IMG/VR virus record: IMGVR_UViG_3300027813_000038
Location: 1 to 34,978 of that record
Direction: 5' to 3' (one strand)
Source: a virus
Lineage: Duplodnaviria; Caudoviricetes
DNA length: 34,978 bases
Part shown: one piece after another, positions 8,157-17,405 of the stretch
Numbering within the stretch: the first letter of the stretch is position 1
How the letters are laid out: the number at the start of each line of letters is the position of its first letter
The notes under the pieces: generated by a model
The model's database searches: none
What the model was told of the DNA's origin: nothing
What the model saw: the letters and a program-made list of their open reading frames with translations, nothing else
Translations under genes and position numbers: made by a program

Positions 8157-8540
8157 TTACTTATACGTTTTTATTTCATCTTCTAAATCCCTTAGCAAAT
8201 CTTCTTTTTCTTGCTTGCTCCACTTCATAGTACTGTGTGCTTTAAAAGAAAGGCTATCTATAAAATCACTACCTTTGTATTCTTCAAGCCAATATGTAAA
8301 TGCTATAGGGTTTCCATGCGCGGAAAATTTACTGCTCATTGTATGATGCCCTATACATAGACATAATCCGTTTTCAACATCCCACCTAGTGCTTCGGTTT
8401 TTTCTGATAAATATATGATGACTGTTTAATGTTGGTTTGTGTTTACAATTCTCTATTTCGCATTTCATCCCTGCTCTTAACTTTACGAGTTTGCTCCAAG
8501 CCGTATCTAATTTTCCGTCGACTCCTTTTAATTTCTTCAT
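8157..8540 (-). CDS. NinG/Rap-like HNH nuclease
   Basis: LDTAWSKLVKLR, CEIENC, SHHIFIR, TRWDVENGLCLCIGHH. Confidence 0.75.
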   Translation of the reverse strand: MKKLKGVDGKLDTAWSKLVKLRAGMKCEIENCKHKPTLNSHHIFIRKNRSTRWDVENGLCLCIGHHTMSSKFSAHGNPIAFTYWLEEYKGSDFIDSLSFKAHSTMKWSKQEKEDLLRDLEDEIKTYK

Positions 8541-8548
8541 TATTTTTT

Positions 8549-8794
8549 TTAAGTTAATTCTATTTCTTTTGTTATTATAGTTTCTGAAAAAATAAGTTCC
8601 CTTTTAAATTTTTTTTCTAAAGCTTTTCCGAAATTAAGATACCATTTTTTAGCAGCTTCTACGGTTTCAAATTTACAAGAGTAAGATGTTAATTTCTTTT
8701 TTTGGTTTTGAGGGTTTTTCCACCAAGCCTTATAACTATACAATGTAATTTTCTCTATTCTTGTTTTCATGGTTTTTGTTTTTTTTGTTTTCAT
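8549..8794 (-). CDS. Hypothetical protein
   Basis: ORF with ATGA overlap; start may be the second Met. Confidence 0.6.
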   Translation of the reverse strand: MKTKKTKTMKTRIEKITLYSYKAWWKNPQNQKKKLTSYSCKFETVEAAKKWYLNFGKALEKKFKRELIFSETIITKEIELT

Positions 8795-9204
8795 AAGTGT
8801 GTTTTATATTTATCTATTTCTTTATCTATTTCAAACCTGTTGCTCTTGTATTCGTCTGCATCTGGTATGTACAAACCTTGATTACTTGCATAGTTTCTTA
8901 TCCACTCCACAAACTTACTACATTCTTCATTGGTTTGCTTAGAAGTCTCAACTAGATACTTTTTCCCGTTCTTTTCATAAATCATAAAAGGGCAGTATCT
9001 TTTTAAATCTGTTTTAGCTTCGCTGCTTGTATAACCAAATTCAATAGCGTAAAGATTGATACAAACGTGTAAGTATTTGTTAATTTTTACAGTTCTATTT
9101 TCTCCTATTTTTGTAAAATCTACTTTGCTACCAGCTTTTTTTAATTCATCAGACCTTGTTTCGTACTTCCTAAGTTCTAAACTGTTAGATAGGTCAAACT
9201 TCAT
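8791..9204 (-). CDS. NinB/Orf-like recombination protein
   Basis: RTVKINKYLH, ETSKQTNEECSKFVEWIRNYA..GLYIP resembles NinB. Confidence 0.6.
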   Translation of the reverse strand: MKFDLSNSLELRKYETRSDELKKAGSKVDFTKIGENRTVKINKYLHVCINLYAIEFGYTSSEAKTDLKRYCPFMIYEKNGKKYLVETSKQTNEECSKFVEWIRNYASNQGLYIPDADEYKSNRFEIDKEIDKYKTHL

Positions 9205-9415
9205 TATTTTTATTTATAAATGTATCTCTTTCCCATTGCGCTTTTTTAACATTAGCAACTAACTTCTTAAAGGTGCTATTCTCTTCGTATAATTTAGATG
9301 TGTCTGGTAGGTTTGCATAACTTATAACATTAAATTCTCCCCTTATCCATTGTTCGTAAAAATGGCTCTGCCGTCTATCTTCTAATTCTAATACTATGCT
9401 TACTTTCTGGCTCAT
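9194..9415 (-). CDS. Hypothetical protein (73 aa)
   Basis: ORF overlapping both neighbours. Confidence 0.65.
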   Translation of the reverse strand: MSQKVSIVLELEDRRQSHFYEQWIRGEFNVISYANLPDTSKLYEENSTFKKLVANVKKAQWERDTFINKNNEV

Positions 9416-9993
9416 ATTAATGTAGTTAAATCTTTTCTTTGTTCGCTTGACATTCTAAACGTGTCTAACACTTGTTGTATTTGTTCAGAGGTAAATAGTT
9501 TCGCTTTCTCAAACTTATCAATAGTTAATGCTTCTTTGCGTTTAACTTTCTTTGAGTTATGAATCTTATTACAGTGTTCGTTTATATTCCAAATTCTTTG
9601 ACCGTTATGCGCAGGATGATATTTGTTACCTGCCTTTATAACTTCTTTTATTTTAATGATTTCTAAGGAATATAAAAATCTGCCAACTCCCCACATTACA
9701 GCGGCACGTTTAAAAGCATCTGAGGCTTCTCCTTTCTGCTTCTCAACTTGGCTTTCAGTTCCGCAGTCAGATTTCCAAACCCATCCAGACTCAAGTAATA
9801 TACCTATACTTGCAAATAGATTTCCTTTATGCTCTTCATATTTTACTTGCCAATTAGCACCACCTACAACATCATCTAATATATCTTGTACATCTCTTGC
9901 ATCTATGTAAGCAACGCAATTAGAACCGTATTGGCTAGTACTTTGAACTCGCCATTTGAAAGGCATCTCTTTTTTTAAATCTTGTAAATTCAT
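9412..9993 (-). CDS. sak: Rad52/Rad22-like single-strand annealing protein (Sak)
   Basis: KWRVQS, AYIDARDVQDILD, WVWKSDCGTES, KGEASDAFKRAAVMWGVGRFLY. Confidence 0.85.
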   Translation of the reverse strand: MNLQDLKKEMPFKWRVQSTSQYGSNCVAYIDARDVQDILDDVVGGANWQVKYEEHKGNLFASIGILLESGWVWKSDCGTESQVEKQKGEASDAFKRAAVMWGVGRFLYSLEIIKIKEVIKAGNKYHPAHNGQRIWNINEHCNKIHNSKKVKRKEALTIDKFEKAKLFTSEQIQQVLDTFRMSSEQRKDLTTLI

Positions 9994-9995
9994 TT

Positions 9996-10127
9996 TTATT
10001 TAATTTTAAGGTACAATTCTTTTAATTCTTTCGCTTCTTCTAATGTTATATCGTCCATTAAGATAAAGTTTATTAATGCTCTCTGTATCATAGTTAATTC
10101 ATTGTTATTGAATTTTATATTTTTCAT
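9996..10127 (-). CDS. Small hypothetical protein (43 aa, MKNIKFNNNE...), not in the ORF track
   Basis: Translated by hand; ATGA overlap with the upstream ORF; stop 2 nt before sak. Confidence 0.6.
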   Translation of the reverse strand: MKNIKFNNNELTMIQRALINFILMDDITLEEAKELKELYLKIK

Positions 10128-10291
10128 TGGTGTAACTTTATAAGGTTGTCTTTTAACTCATTTCTAAGAGCAGTTTCTAATGTTACTTCGTTGTAGATAG
10201 GTTCATCTTTTAGTATTTGGCTATACACCTTTATACTACCTTCTTGTCTATGCTTTACTACTACTCCTGTGGGTAAAATTGTTTTAGTCAT
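10124..10291 (-). CDS. Small hypothetical protein (55 aa, MTKTILPTGV...), not in the ORF track
   Basis: Translated by hand; fills the operon gap; A-rich leader. Confidence 0.6.
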   Translation of the reverse strand: MTKTILPTGVVVKHRQEGSIKVYSQILKDEPIYNEVTLETALRNELKDNLIKLHQ

Positions 10292-10303
10292 TTTTTTATG
10301 TTT

Positions 10304-10579
10304 TTAAAATTGATTTTCTAATTCTCTTTGTTTCTCTATTTCGGTGTCTTGTAAGTCTTTTACGTGTTTAAATACAAAGTTGATTTGCTCCTCTGATAAC
10401 TCAACCTTGTTATCGTCTAAATCTAAAGCAATATAAGCAGTTTCCTCAAATGTAGCATTTATTTCAAAGAAAAAATAAAATGTTTCCGTGTTATATTCAA
10501 TATAAACATCTAAATCAGTTATATGCTCGTCAGCCTCTTTCAATACCTTGTCTAGTAATTTTTGCGTTACTTTTTTCAT
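10304..10579 (-). CDS. Hypothetical acidic protein (91 aa)
   Basis: ORF with ATGA overlap. Confidence 0.7.
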   Translation of the reverse strand: MKKVTQKLLDKVLKEADEHITDLDVYIEYNTETFYFFFEINATFEETAYIALDLDDNKVELSEEQINFVFKHVKDLQDTEIEKQRELENQF

Positions 10580-10707
10580 TTTACTTTCTTTGTTGATTCT
10601 GCTAATAATACCCTTACTTGTCCGCTAAAACTTCTATCTTCAAGTTTTGCAATTTTTGTGATTTTTAATAATAAATCATCTGGGAAGTCAATTGTTTTTT
10701 TTACCAT
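10576..10707 (-). CDS. Arc-like ribbon-helix-helix DNA-binding protein (43 aa), not in the ORF track
   Basis: MVKKTIDFPDDLLLKITKIAKLEDRSFSGQVRVLLAESTKKVK fits the RHH pattern (beta strand, P-x-x-L helix, A-x-x-x-x-RS-x-S helix). Confidence 0.75.
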   Translation of the reverse strand: MVKKTIDFPDDLLLKITKIAKLEDRSFSGQVRVLLAESTKKVK

Positions 10708-10718
10708 AATATTAGTTT

Positions 10719-11003
10719 TTATTTTTGTGATTCCATCCATTTTAAAATAACTTCTGCGTCCTCTTCTTCAAAATCGTGTTCATCGCTAAACAACTCGCTT
10801 AATGTAGATTTAGATACAACCTCAACACAAAGATGATTTTCTAATGTGTTAGAAATAAAAGAAGAAATTTCATTACCTTTTTTAAATAATCTTAACATTA
10901 AAAAACCCTCCGATACGCTACACATATCTATTCCGTTTTCAATGATTTCTAATTTATCATCTCTATCTAAACTGTTCCAAACTCTTGTTAATTCCGTATT
11001 CAT
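10719..11003 (-). CDS. Hypothetical acidic protein (94 aa), first early gene
   Basis: ORF directly after a host-type promoter. Confidence 0.7.
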   Translation of the reverse strand: MNTELTRVWNSLDRDDKLEIIENGIDMCSVSEGFLMLRLFKKGNEISSFISNTLENHLCVEVVSKSTLSELFSDEHDFEEEDAEVILKWMESQK

Positions 11004-11025
11004 AATATTAGTTTTAATTATACAC

Positions 11026-11033
11026 CAAAGATA
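11026..11033 (-). promoter_or_regulatory. Bacteroidota -7 promoter element (TATCTTTG), early operon
   Basis: Consensus TAnnTTTG 22 nt upstream of the ATG at 11003. Confidence 0.7.
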
Positions 11034-11096
11034 TACAATATTATTTAAACAACTTAATATATTAACGTTTATTTTTAAATATTATATTGTAAAGGT

Positions 11097-11128
11097 AAAA
11101 AAAGCACTAACTGTAAAGGAAAGTGCTT
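11097..11128 (-). terminator. Intrinsic terminator after the lysis genes
   Basis: AAGCACT/AGTGCTT stem followed by a U-run on the minus strand. Confidence 0.65.
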
Positions 11129-11150
11129 GTAATTAATTGAATGTATTTTT

Positions 11151-11564
11151 TTAAAATGATTTATTTTTCAACTTTTCGTAAGTACGCATACCTCCAAGAC
11201 CTAACATACCAAGCAAGACTGTCATCAAATGCTCCATAGCCAACTCTGGTGGTGCTTCTATTGTTTTATCTACCAATCTGATAGACCAAGCAAGAATGTC
11301 TCTTATAATGAAGTTGTATAATAAAGCGAGACCGCAAACCCATCCTATAAAAGGTCTCCATCCAGCAACAAAAGGTGACCTGTGAGCAGCTTCTCCTTTG
11401 TTTACTTCAATTTGAGCAAGTGAAGGCGTGTTTAGTATTCTCATTCTAACCTCCTCATGGGTCAGCTTCTCATCTTTGGAAGTGAATAATTTGTCTGCAA
11501 CGTCTCCAATTGATATGATTGTTTTTCCTGCTCCTACGCTAAATAGTTTACTTAAAAATCCCAT
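11151..11564 (-). CDS. Holin (3TM / DUF3154-like family)
   Basis: GWRPFIGWVCGLAL, LLGMLGLGGMRTYEK. Confidence 0.85.
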   Translation of the reverse strand: MGFLSKLFSVGAGKTIISIGDVADKLFTSKDEKLTHEEVRMRILNTPSLAQIEVNKGEAAHRSPFVAGWRPFIGWVCGLALLYNFIIRDILAWSIRLVDKTIEAPPELAMEHLMTVLLGMLGLGGMRTYEKLKNKSF

Positions 11565-11902
11565 TAATATGAAAATACAACTTGATTACTTCTATTGTCT
11601 ACGTGTACGAAAGTCTTTGCAACTCCGCAAGTTAAACCTATAGATAAAGCGTGCTTTACAATATTTGCTCTTAACGTTCCGTTGTTGCAAGAAATATCTA
11701 CCGCTTTACCTTTTAAGTGTTGGCTTCTTTGTGACCCTCCTACTGCATTATTTTTCTCCTCATCTCTATAACTACTAGTTAAGCGTAAAGGCTCGTTTAC
11801 AAGTCCTCTAAGTACGTCTAAATCCTTTAATAAGTTAGTATCCATTTTATCGAAAACTATAACGCCATCCATTAAAAACTCCTCTTCTTCAAAATATTTC
11901 AT
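11564..11902 (-). CDS. Endolysin, peptidase M15 family
   Basis: SSYR, SQHLKGKAVDI, FVHVD zinc-peptidase motifs. Confidence 0.9.
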   Translation of the reverse strand: MKYFEEEEFLMDGVIVFDKMDTNLLKDLDVLRGLVNEPLRLTSSYRDEEKNNAVGGSQRSQHLKGKAVDISCNNGTLRANIVKHALSIGLTCGVAKTFVHVDNRSNQVVFSY

Positions 11903-12195
11903 GAGCCTTGTTTTTTAAATTTTAACCACCATCCTGCTAATATTCCTACTGCCATAATAACACCGTAACCAACCGCTTTAAAATTCTCTAATTTAGTCAA
12001 GCGAATCCCATGTCTTTTGGTTATCTCAAAAAACCCTTTTTCGCCTGTTAAATCGTCTGTAAACATTTTAGAAGTTAAAAGCAGCATGCTTTCGTTTAGT
12101 TGCTTGCTGTTTTTTTTAATTTCTGTAACCTCAGATTTTATATACTTTACATCTTGCTTGAGTATGATAAACTCTTCGTTTTCTTTTGCTGTCAT
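11899..12195 (-). CDS. Small membrane protein (coiled coil + C-terminal TM), lysis-associated
   Basis: C-terminal hydrophobic helix; adjacent to endolysin. Confidence 0.6.
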   Translation of the reverse strand: MTAKENEEFIILKQDVKYIKSEVTEIKKNSKQLNESMLLLTSKMFTDDLTGEKGFFEITKRHGIRLTKLENFKAVGYGVIMAVGILAGWWLKFKKQGS

Positions 12196-12206
12196 TATTT
12201 TTCAGA

Positions 12207-12866
12207 TTATGTTGCGTAATTTGTTATCGTCCAACCTCTACTTATTAAAGTTGCTCTGTCTGTGACTCCTTGTCCTGTTTCATTGTTTCTGTAGCTTAAA
12301 GTACCGTTATTTTGACCAATAGCAACTAAATCTGTTAATATTTTGTTTGTTACGGTAGAAGAAAAACTATTTCCTTCACATCTTAAAATTTTAATATTTG
12401 TTGAACTAATATCTAAAGTTGCTAAATTGTTATCCTCGCAATCTAAAATAATTAAAAAGGTTTGAGTGGTTAAACTTAAAGTAGTTAAAGAGTTGTTAGT
12501 AAGAAATAATTGCTGTAACAAAGTATTATTAGTTAAATCTAAATCTGTTAAAAAGCTGTTAATAACATTTAATGATTGCAAAGAAACCAAATTAGAAGAA
12601 TTTAATAATGTAAAATCTAAATTTCTAAAGTCTAAAAAAGTAACTAAACTAATATCATAAACATTCATGTTTACAGTTCCTGTATTTGCAGTTAAATCAA
12701 AAGTGGGGTCGTTTACATTTTGAGAGGTTGGTGTTATGTCTCCTGTAATATCCCAAGTTAAAGTGCTGCCTCCATTTACAACTGTAGTAGGAGACCAATT
12801 TGAAATAACAGAAGTTGTTGAAAATGTAAAATTTCCTTCGCTTAAAAATCTGTACGGGTTTATCAT
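12207..12866 (-). CDS. Leucine-rich repeat protein, probably virion-associated
   Basis: ~21-residue LRRs (LTDLDLTNNTLLQQLFLTNNSLTTLSL...); N-terminal MINPYRF. Confidence 0.75.
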   Translation of the reverse strand: MINPYRFLSEGNFTFSTTSVISNWSPTTVVNGGSTLTWDITGDITPTSQNVNDPTFDLTANTGTVNMNVYDISLVTFLDFRNLDFTLLNSSNLVSLQSLNVINSFLTDLDLTNNTLLQQLFLTNNSLTTLSLTTQTFLIILDCEDNNLATLDISSTNIKILRCEGNSFSSTVTNKILTDLVAIGQNNGTLSYRNNETGQGVTDRATLISRGWTITNYAT

Positions 12867-14290
12867 GCTTTTTTATAATATAATCTAAATTTACCGCCTA
12901 CTCCCGCAATGGTACTGCCTACTTGGTCTATATCAATCGACATTACAGCATTCGCTGCTATTGCGCTGTCTGATATAACAGGAGGAGTGGCTGATGTTTC
13001 GCTGTTTACTTCTCCGATGTCAATAGACACCTTTGTGCTTAATACAGAAGTACCACCCTCGTTTAAATCAAATATTAGTGTGCTTCCAGTTGGTGCAGTC
13101 TTTACATTTACGCTTACACCCGTTAAAGTAGTTGCGTAATTAGGCATAGCAAAAGTTAGTTTACTTGTTCCTGTTGTTAGACTTGTTGTTTCATCGCTAA
13201 AAGCTAAAGTTTCGGTTAAGTCTGTTATCTTTATTCCGCTATCTTTTATAATCTTTCCAGTAGTTCCACTAAATACTGCTATACTGTCATCTATTGAAAC
13301 ATTTGCTCCAAACACATCTCCAAAGTTTCCTCCGCTAGTTGGTGGTAAAGCAGTAGAGCCTTCGTGTAGTTCAAATTTATCAAAGAAATAACCTGCAAAA
13401 GTTTGTGTAAAATAACTTATTTTAATACTATCGTATTGCGCACTAGGCAACCCTATAAAATCATCTCTATTTATCGTTATTTTTTGATACGATAAATTAG
13501 AACTATCAAAGCCATTTCTGCCGTCATTAAAATAAGTAACCTTTCCTACCAATTCATTGCCATTATGAAAACTTAATCTAATGCTATTTGCAGACATATC
13601 TGCTTTTAATTTAGTCCACCAGCTTAATGCAGTTATATCATCTGTACTTTTTAATGAAGTCCAAGTAAAGGTCATTAAATCATTAAGATTTGAATTAGTA
13701 GCTTCTATTGATTTAGTGCCGCTATAAGGGTCAACTGTTGTTACTGCTAAATCACCACTGTTTAAAGTCAAATCCCATTCAGTAGGGCTTCCCGTATCTT
13801 CGTCAAATATTAACGTAGTGTCTGCTGTTTCTCCTGTATCTGGGTCTGTTGGGGTGGTATCTCCTGTATTAATTAAGACTAATTTTATAGGGAAAAAATC
13901 AGAAGGGTCATATTCTGGCTCGGTAACTAAAGATGTCGTTGCGGGTGTTCCTGTAACCTTACCTACTGTACCGTCTGCGAATGCGCCTAAATAATCTAAT
14001 CTATCTAAACTTGCATGAGCAGCATCTAAAGTAACATTTGCAGCCGTTGCTGTGTGTATATTATTATTTATGTAGTAAGTTTCCGCAGAGACTAGGAAGG
14101 TTAAACCAGTAGACCATATAGCACTATAAGAAACTGGTTCACCTGTTGCTTGTCCTAAGTCGTTCGCTAGGTTTTGCTTAGTAATACCTACTGATTGGTC
14201 TCCTGCCGTTCGTGTTAAATCAACTATGTATATTAAAGCCCCGTCTAATATAGATGTTATTTTCGTTAATGCGCTTAATCTTTTACTCAT
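12863..14290 (-). CDS. Fibre/appendage-like structural protein (475 aa)
   Basis: Thr/Ser/Gly-rich; central CBM-like beta domain; IAVFSGTTGKIIKDSG fibre motif; C-terminal SDETT...IDIDQVGST domain. Confidence 0.6.
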   Translation of the reverse strand: MSKRLSALTKITSILDGALIYIVDLTRTAGDQSVGITKQNLANDLGQATGEPVSYSAIWSTGLTFLVSAETYYINNNIHTATAANVTLDAAHASLDRLDYLGAFADGTVGKVTGTPATTSLVTEPEYDPSDFFPIKLVLINTGDTTPTDPDTGETADTTLIFDEDTGSPTEWDLTLNSGDLAVTTVDPYSGTKSIEATNSNLNDLMTFTWTSLKSTDDITALSWWTKLKADMSANSIRLSFHNGNELVGKVTYFNDGRNGFDSSNLSYQKITINRDDFIGLPSAQYDSIKISYFTQTFAGYFFDKFELHEGSTALPPTSGGNFGDVFGANVSIDDSIAVFSGTTGKIIKDSGIKITDLTETLAFSDETTSLTTGTSKLTFAMPNYATTLTGVSVNVKTAPTGSTLIFDLNEGGTSVLSTKVSIDIGEVNSETSATPPVISDSAIAANAVMSIDIDQVGSTIAGVGGKFRLYYKKA

Positions 14291-14850
14291 TCCAATATTA
14301 TTTTCTCGTTACTTTCTGTTAAAATAAACTCTCCGTTTTCCAGCAAAAGAAAACCATCCTCTACAAATCCAGCATCTTCTAAATTAGACACGAATAAAGA
14401 GCTTAAAGATTCCTTTCCTTCCATCGTTACCTTATACCCGTTAAAGTCCTCCATACCGCCTCCTGTGACCTTTGTAACCTCTGCGCTCAATCCGTTGTAA
14501 GTTCCTAATAATCTAAAGATACCGTTCCTATCTGAAACGATAGCCATGTAGTCTTTATCCATCAACTTAGTCAATTCTAAATTATCTTCTACGCTAGTTC
14601 TCGCCAAATCAAAACTCAAATTCTGACTGTAAAATATACCTCCATCATCTTCGCTCATTTCTTCTGACAAATTAGCGTTCAATACTTCAAATTTAAAAAT
14701 TTCAGTATCTGGGAATGTAGTTACAATGTTAGTATTTAAAATAATTTGACTCCTATCGTAACTAACGAAAGGAAACAAGTAAACAATATTGAACCCTGCA
14801 ACACTATCACTACATTGTTTAGACCTGCCCGATGTAATACCGCAAATCAT
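14287..14850 (-). CDS. Tail-tube protein paralog with C-terminal LLLENG peptide
   Basis: Colinear similarity to 17459..17971 (CGITSGRSKQCSD vs CDITSGRVKQCSD; DRNG; NGY). Confidence 0.7.
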   Translation of the reverse strand: MICGITSGRSKQCSDSVAGFNIVYLFPFVSYDRSQIILNTNIVTTFPDTEIFKFEVLNANLSEEMSEDDGGIFYSQNLSFDLARTSVEDNLELTKLMDKDYMAIVSDRNGIFRLLGTYNGLSAEVTKVTGGGMEDFNGYKVTMEGKESLSSLFVSNLEDAGFVEDGFLLLENGEFILTESNEKIILE

Positions 14851-15401
14851 TAACAGGAAAGGTCGTTATCGCAAAAATACTGATTATCATAATCGGTTTT
14901 TGTTCTTCCAAAGAACCACCCAGAGCGTACTGTTAAACTTTTTGATGCGTTTACCTCGTCTTGTGATATTTTATATTCTGATATAACGTTCTTACATATC
15001 CATTTATTGAATCTTTGGATATACATTTGTGATATATTGTGATACTTTCCGCTTAAAAATTGCGCCTCGTCCTTGTCTACTACTTCTGCATTGTCTGGAG
15101 AGTGCTTAAAAAGTCCTCCATTTGCTAATGTATAACTTGACATCTCTATGTATTCCGCAGCGGATTCATTTTTAGTGATAGGTTTGATAAATTCAGTAAA
15201 TATTGTTAAGTAATCACCTGCTAAAGTGTCGGCAGTCCAGTCTGTTAGTATCTTATCGTATAACAAACTACCTAAAAGCGGCTCTAATACCGTAATCATT
15301 ACACTATTTATTACAAATGTGTACTTGTCTAGGTCTATATTACCGCCTAAAATGGTGGTGTTTGCTATTTCTTGAGGTGTTATAAATAATTTAATTGCCA
15401 T
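14850..15401 (-). CDS. Putative head-tail adaptor protein
   Basis: LFIT..GGNIDLDK..LLGSLLYDKI pattern; directly downstream of portal. Confidence 0.6.
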   Translation of the reverse strand: MAIKLFITPQEIANTTILGGNIDLDKYTFVINSVMITVLEPLLGSLLYDKILTDWTADTLAGDYLTIFTEFIKPITKNESAAEYIEMSSYTLANGGLFKHSPDNAEVVDKDEAQFLSGKYHNISQMYIQRFNKWICKNVISEYKISQDEVNASKSLTVRSGWFFGRTKTDYDNQYFCDNDLSC

Positions 15402-15404
15402 AAT

Positions 15405-17036
15405 CTATTTTAAAAATCCTTTTTTCGGCATTCTATTAGGTGTTATGCTTACCTTGCTGTCGTTTGTAGGTACTTTATAACCTCTTCTTCTTGCTTCGCC
15501 AGTGCTTATTATATCGGTTAAAGTCATTTTAGTTCCTTTTCTTAGATATATTACTCTGTTCCATTTATGTTTGCACGCCCCACCGCCTTTGTAGAGCCAT
15601 ATTGAGTATGTATTAGAACCGTTTGCACCCCAACCTCTATTAATAGGATTACTTTCTTGTGCAACTATATCTTCTTTTCTATAAACCTTATTAGCTGATA
15701 GTATATCTTTACAAAATTGTCTTTCTGGTGATGGGTTTCCAGCGTATTTATAACGTATTAATATATTTTTGCTATCTTGAATACTCCCTTTTTTTGGGTT
15801 TCCAGATATTGTAGCCTTTAATTCTAATTCATTTTCATAATCAACCTCTACTTCGTCTATTAAATCGTATTCGTTTAAATCTATATCTTCTCCTAAGTTT
15901 ATTAAATCGTTTACACCATGAGTATGCTCGCAATCACTACTTAACTCTACCGCTTTAGGCTCTTCTTTAATTTCTGTTAAAGGAATAAACTCTAAATCTA
16001 AATTAATATCATATTGAACTAAAATAGACTCTAAAGCATCAATGATATATTGCTGCTTAGGTGCTACGACCCTTTTCATTAGTTGAGCCTCGGCTGTATC
16101 TAATTCGTCTGCATTATTTCCGAATCCAGTACTGTCTTTTATACCGAACAACATAGGACTTGTTACTTTATGACCTGTAATAATTTGTTGACGGCTTTCA
16201 TTAGTCAAAAATTCCCATTGCTTATGTATATTCTCATTAACAGGAAAGGGTGTGATTGTTATCTCTTGCTCTACTCCGTTAAACGAAATCATAAAGTCAC
16301 TTGCATTAGTTGACCCTGCTAACTTTAATTTAACTTGTCTTTTAAACTCTTCTTTTTCTTCTGGTGTGTACGAATTTCCGTCAGGAATATTTATAATATA
16401 ACCTGCACTCAACCCTTTTTTAATAGAGTTAATATTTAGGTTTGCAATTTCCTCTTCCATTTCGCAATAAGTCATTACTGAAAGCCAATCTGGGTCGGAA
16501 AAATAACTTTTCCCCGCTTTGTATGGTGCTATTACAAATATTTCTTTCTCTGCTTTACCTTCAAATACTGGTATCGGAGTAGGTTTGTTTCTAGTTGTAT
16601 CTCCCCAATCTCTACTAAACCAATAGTTCTCAATTTCTCCTTCTTCATTTTCAATTTGAGGCACTAGTAAATTTTTAGGTATATGATTGATAGAACTTAA
16701 TTCTTTACCTTTAGTTTGTATAACTTCCATCGAAGCCTCACCAAAATACTCGCGGTCTGCTATAATTCTGCGTATATCTTGCTTAGTTATGATAGATTTG
16801 AATTTTATCCATCCTTCTAAATTAGACTTAGCATTTTTAGCTCTTAATCCTTTACCATAGATTAAATCTATATAAGAACTGATAATTGCGTAATTAGTTG
16901 GTGAACCATTCACCCTGTCTATAATGGTCTGATAGAATGAATTATCTTTACCGTTTAATACCCAATCTTTCGCTTTATTTTCTTGAAGTAAAGGGCGAAC
17001 GTAATTCTGAAATTTTAATAATGCTATATCGTTCAT
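15405..17036 (-). CDS. Portal protein with C-terminal MuF-like domain
   Basis: SPTNYAII, HKVTSPMLFGI, GFGNNADEL; C-terminal RQFC...YKGGGACKHKW. Confidence 0.8.
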   Translation of the reverse strand: MNDIALLKFQNYVRPLLQENKAKDWVLNGKDNSFYQTIIDRVNGSPTNYAIISSYIDLIYGKGLRAKNAKSNLEGWIKFKSIITKQDIRRIIADREYFGEASMEVIQTKGKELSSINHIPKNLLVPQIENEEGEIENYWFSRDWGDTTRNKPTPIPVFEGKAEKEIFVIAPYKAGKSYFSDPDWLSVMTYCEMEEEIANLNINSIKKGLSAGYIINIPDGNSYTPEEKEEFKRQVKLKLAGSTNASDFMISFNGVEQEITITPFPVNENIHKQWEFLTNESRQQIITGHKVTSPMLFGIKDSTGFGNNADELDTAEAQLMKRVVAPKQQYIIDALESILVQYDINLDLEFIPLTEIKEEPKAVELSSDCEHTHGVNDLINLGEDIDLNEYDLIDEVEVDYENELELKATISGNPKKGSIQDSKNILIRYKYAGNPSPERQFCKDILSANKVYRKEDIVAQESNPINRGWGANGSNTYSIWLYKGGGACKHKWNRVIYLRKGTKMTLTDIISTGEARRRGYKVPTNDSKVSITPNRMPKKGFLK

Positions 17037-17365
17037 ATCGTGTACAATCCGTTTGTTAATTTATATGCTTGCGTTGCTTGTGTTGTAGCAATCATTTTGC
17101 CTCTATAAAGAATATCACCAGAATCCACATCAGTAATTTTAAGTTGATACTTTCCATTTTCGTAAAAGTCTAATGTAGAAAAATTAGCATCTGTAAACGT
17201 TAGATTTAAGTATTTGTTTACAATAGTAAAGTTTGTTATAGTTGCGCTTTCGTCTATCCTTCCAGCCTCGTCTTTTATATTCAAAGTTAAGTCAGTTCCT
17301 ATTGTGTAAAATCTAGGAATCATCTTAATTATATGCGTTGTATCTGTTGGTGATATTACCTTCAT
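17033..17365 (-). CDS. Hypothetical structural protein (110 aa); start corrected to MKVISP
   Basis: ATG at 17365 lies directly after the late promoter motif; the longer track ORF overlaps a promoter and terminator. Confidence 0.7.
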   Translation of the reverse strand: MKVISPTDTTHIIKMIPRFYTIGTDLTLNIKDEAGRIDESATITNFTIVNKYLNLTFTDANFSTLDFYENGKYQLKITDVDSGDILYRGKMIATTQATQAYKLTNGLYTI

Positions 17366-17398
17366 ACTATTATAACTAAAAATTGCTAGATTTGTTAC
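17366..17398 (-). promoter_or_regulatory. Late promoter motif copy 1 (GTAACAAA-N10-TTTAGTTATAATAGT)
   Basis: 33-nt bipartite motif shared with 20499, 26337 and 31241. Confidence 0.75.
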
Positions 17399-17405
17399 TT
17401 TAAAT

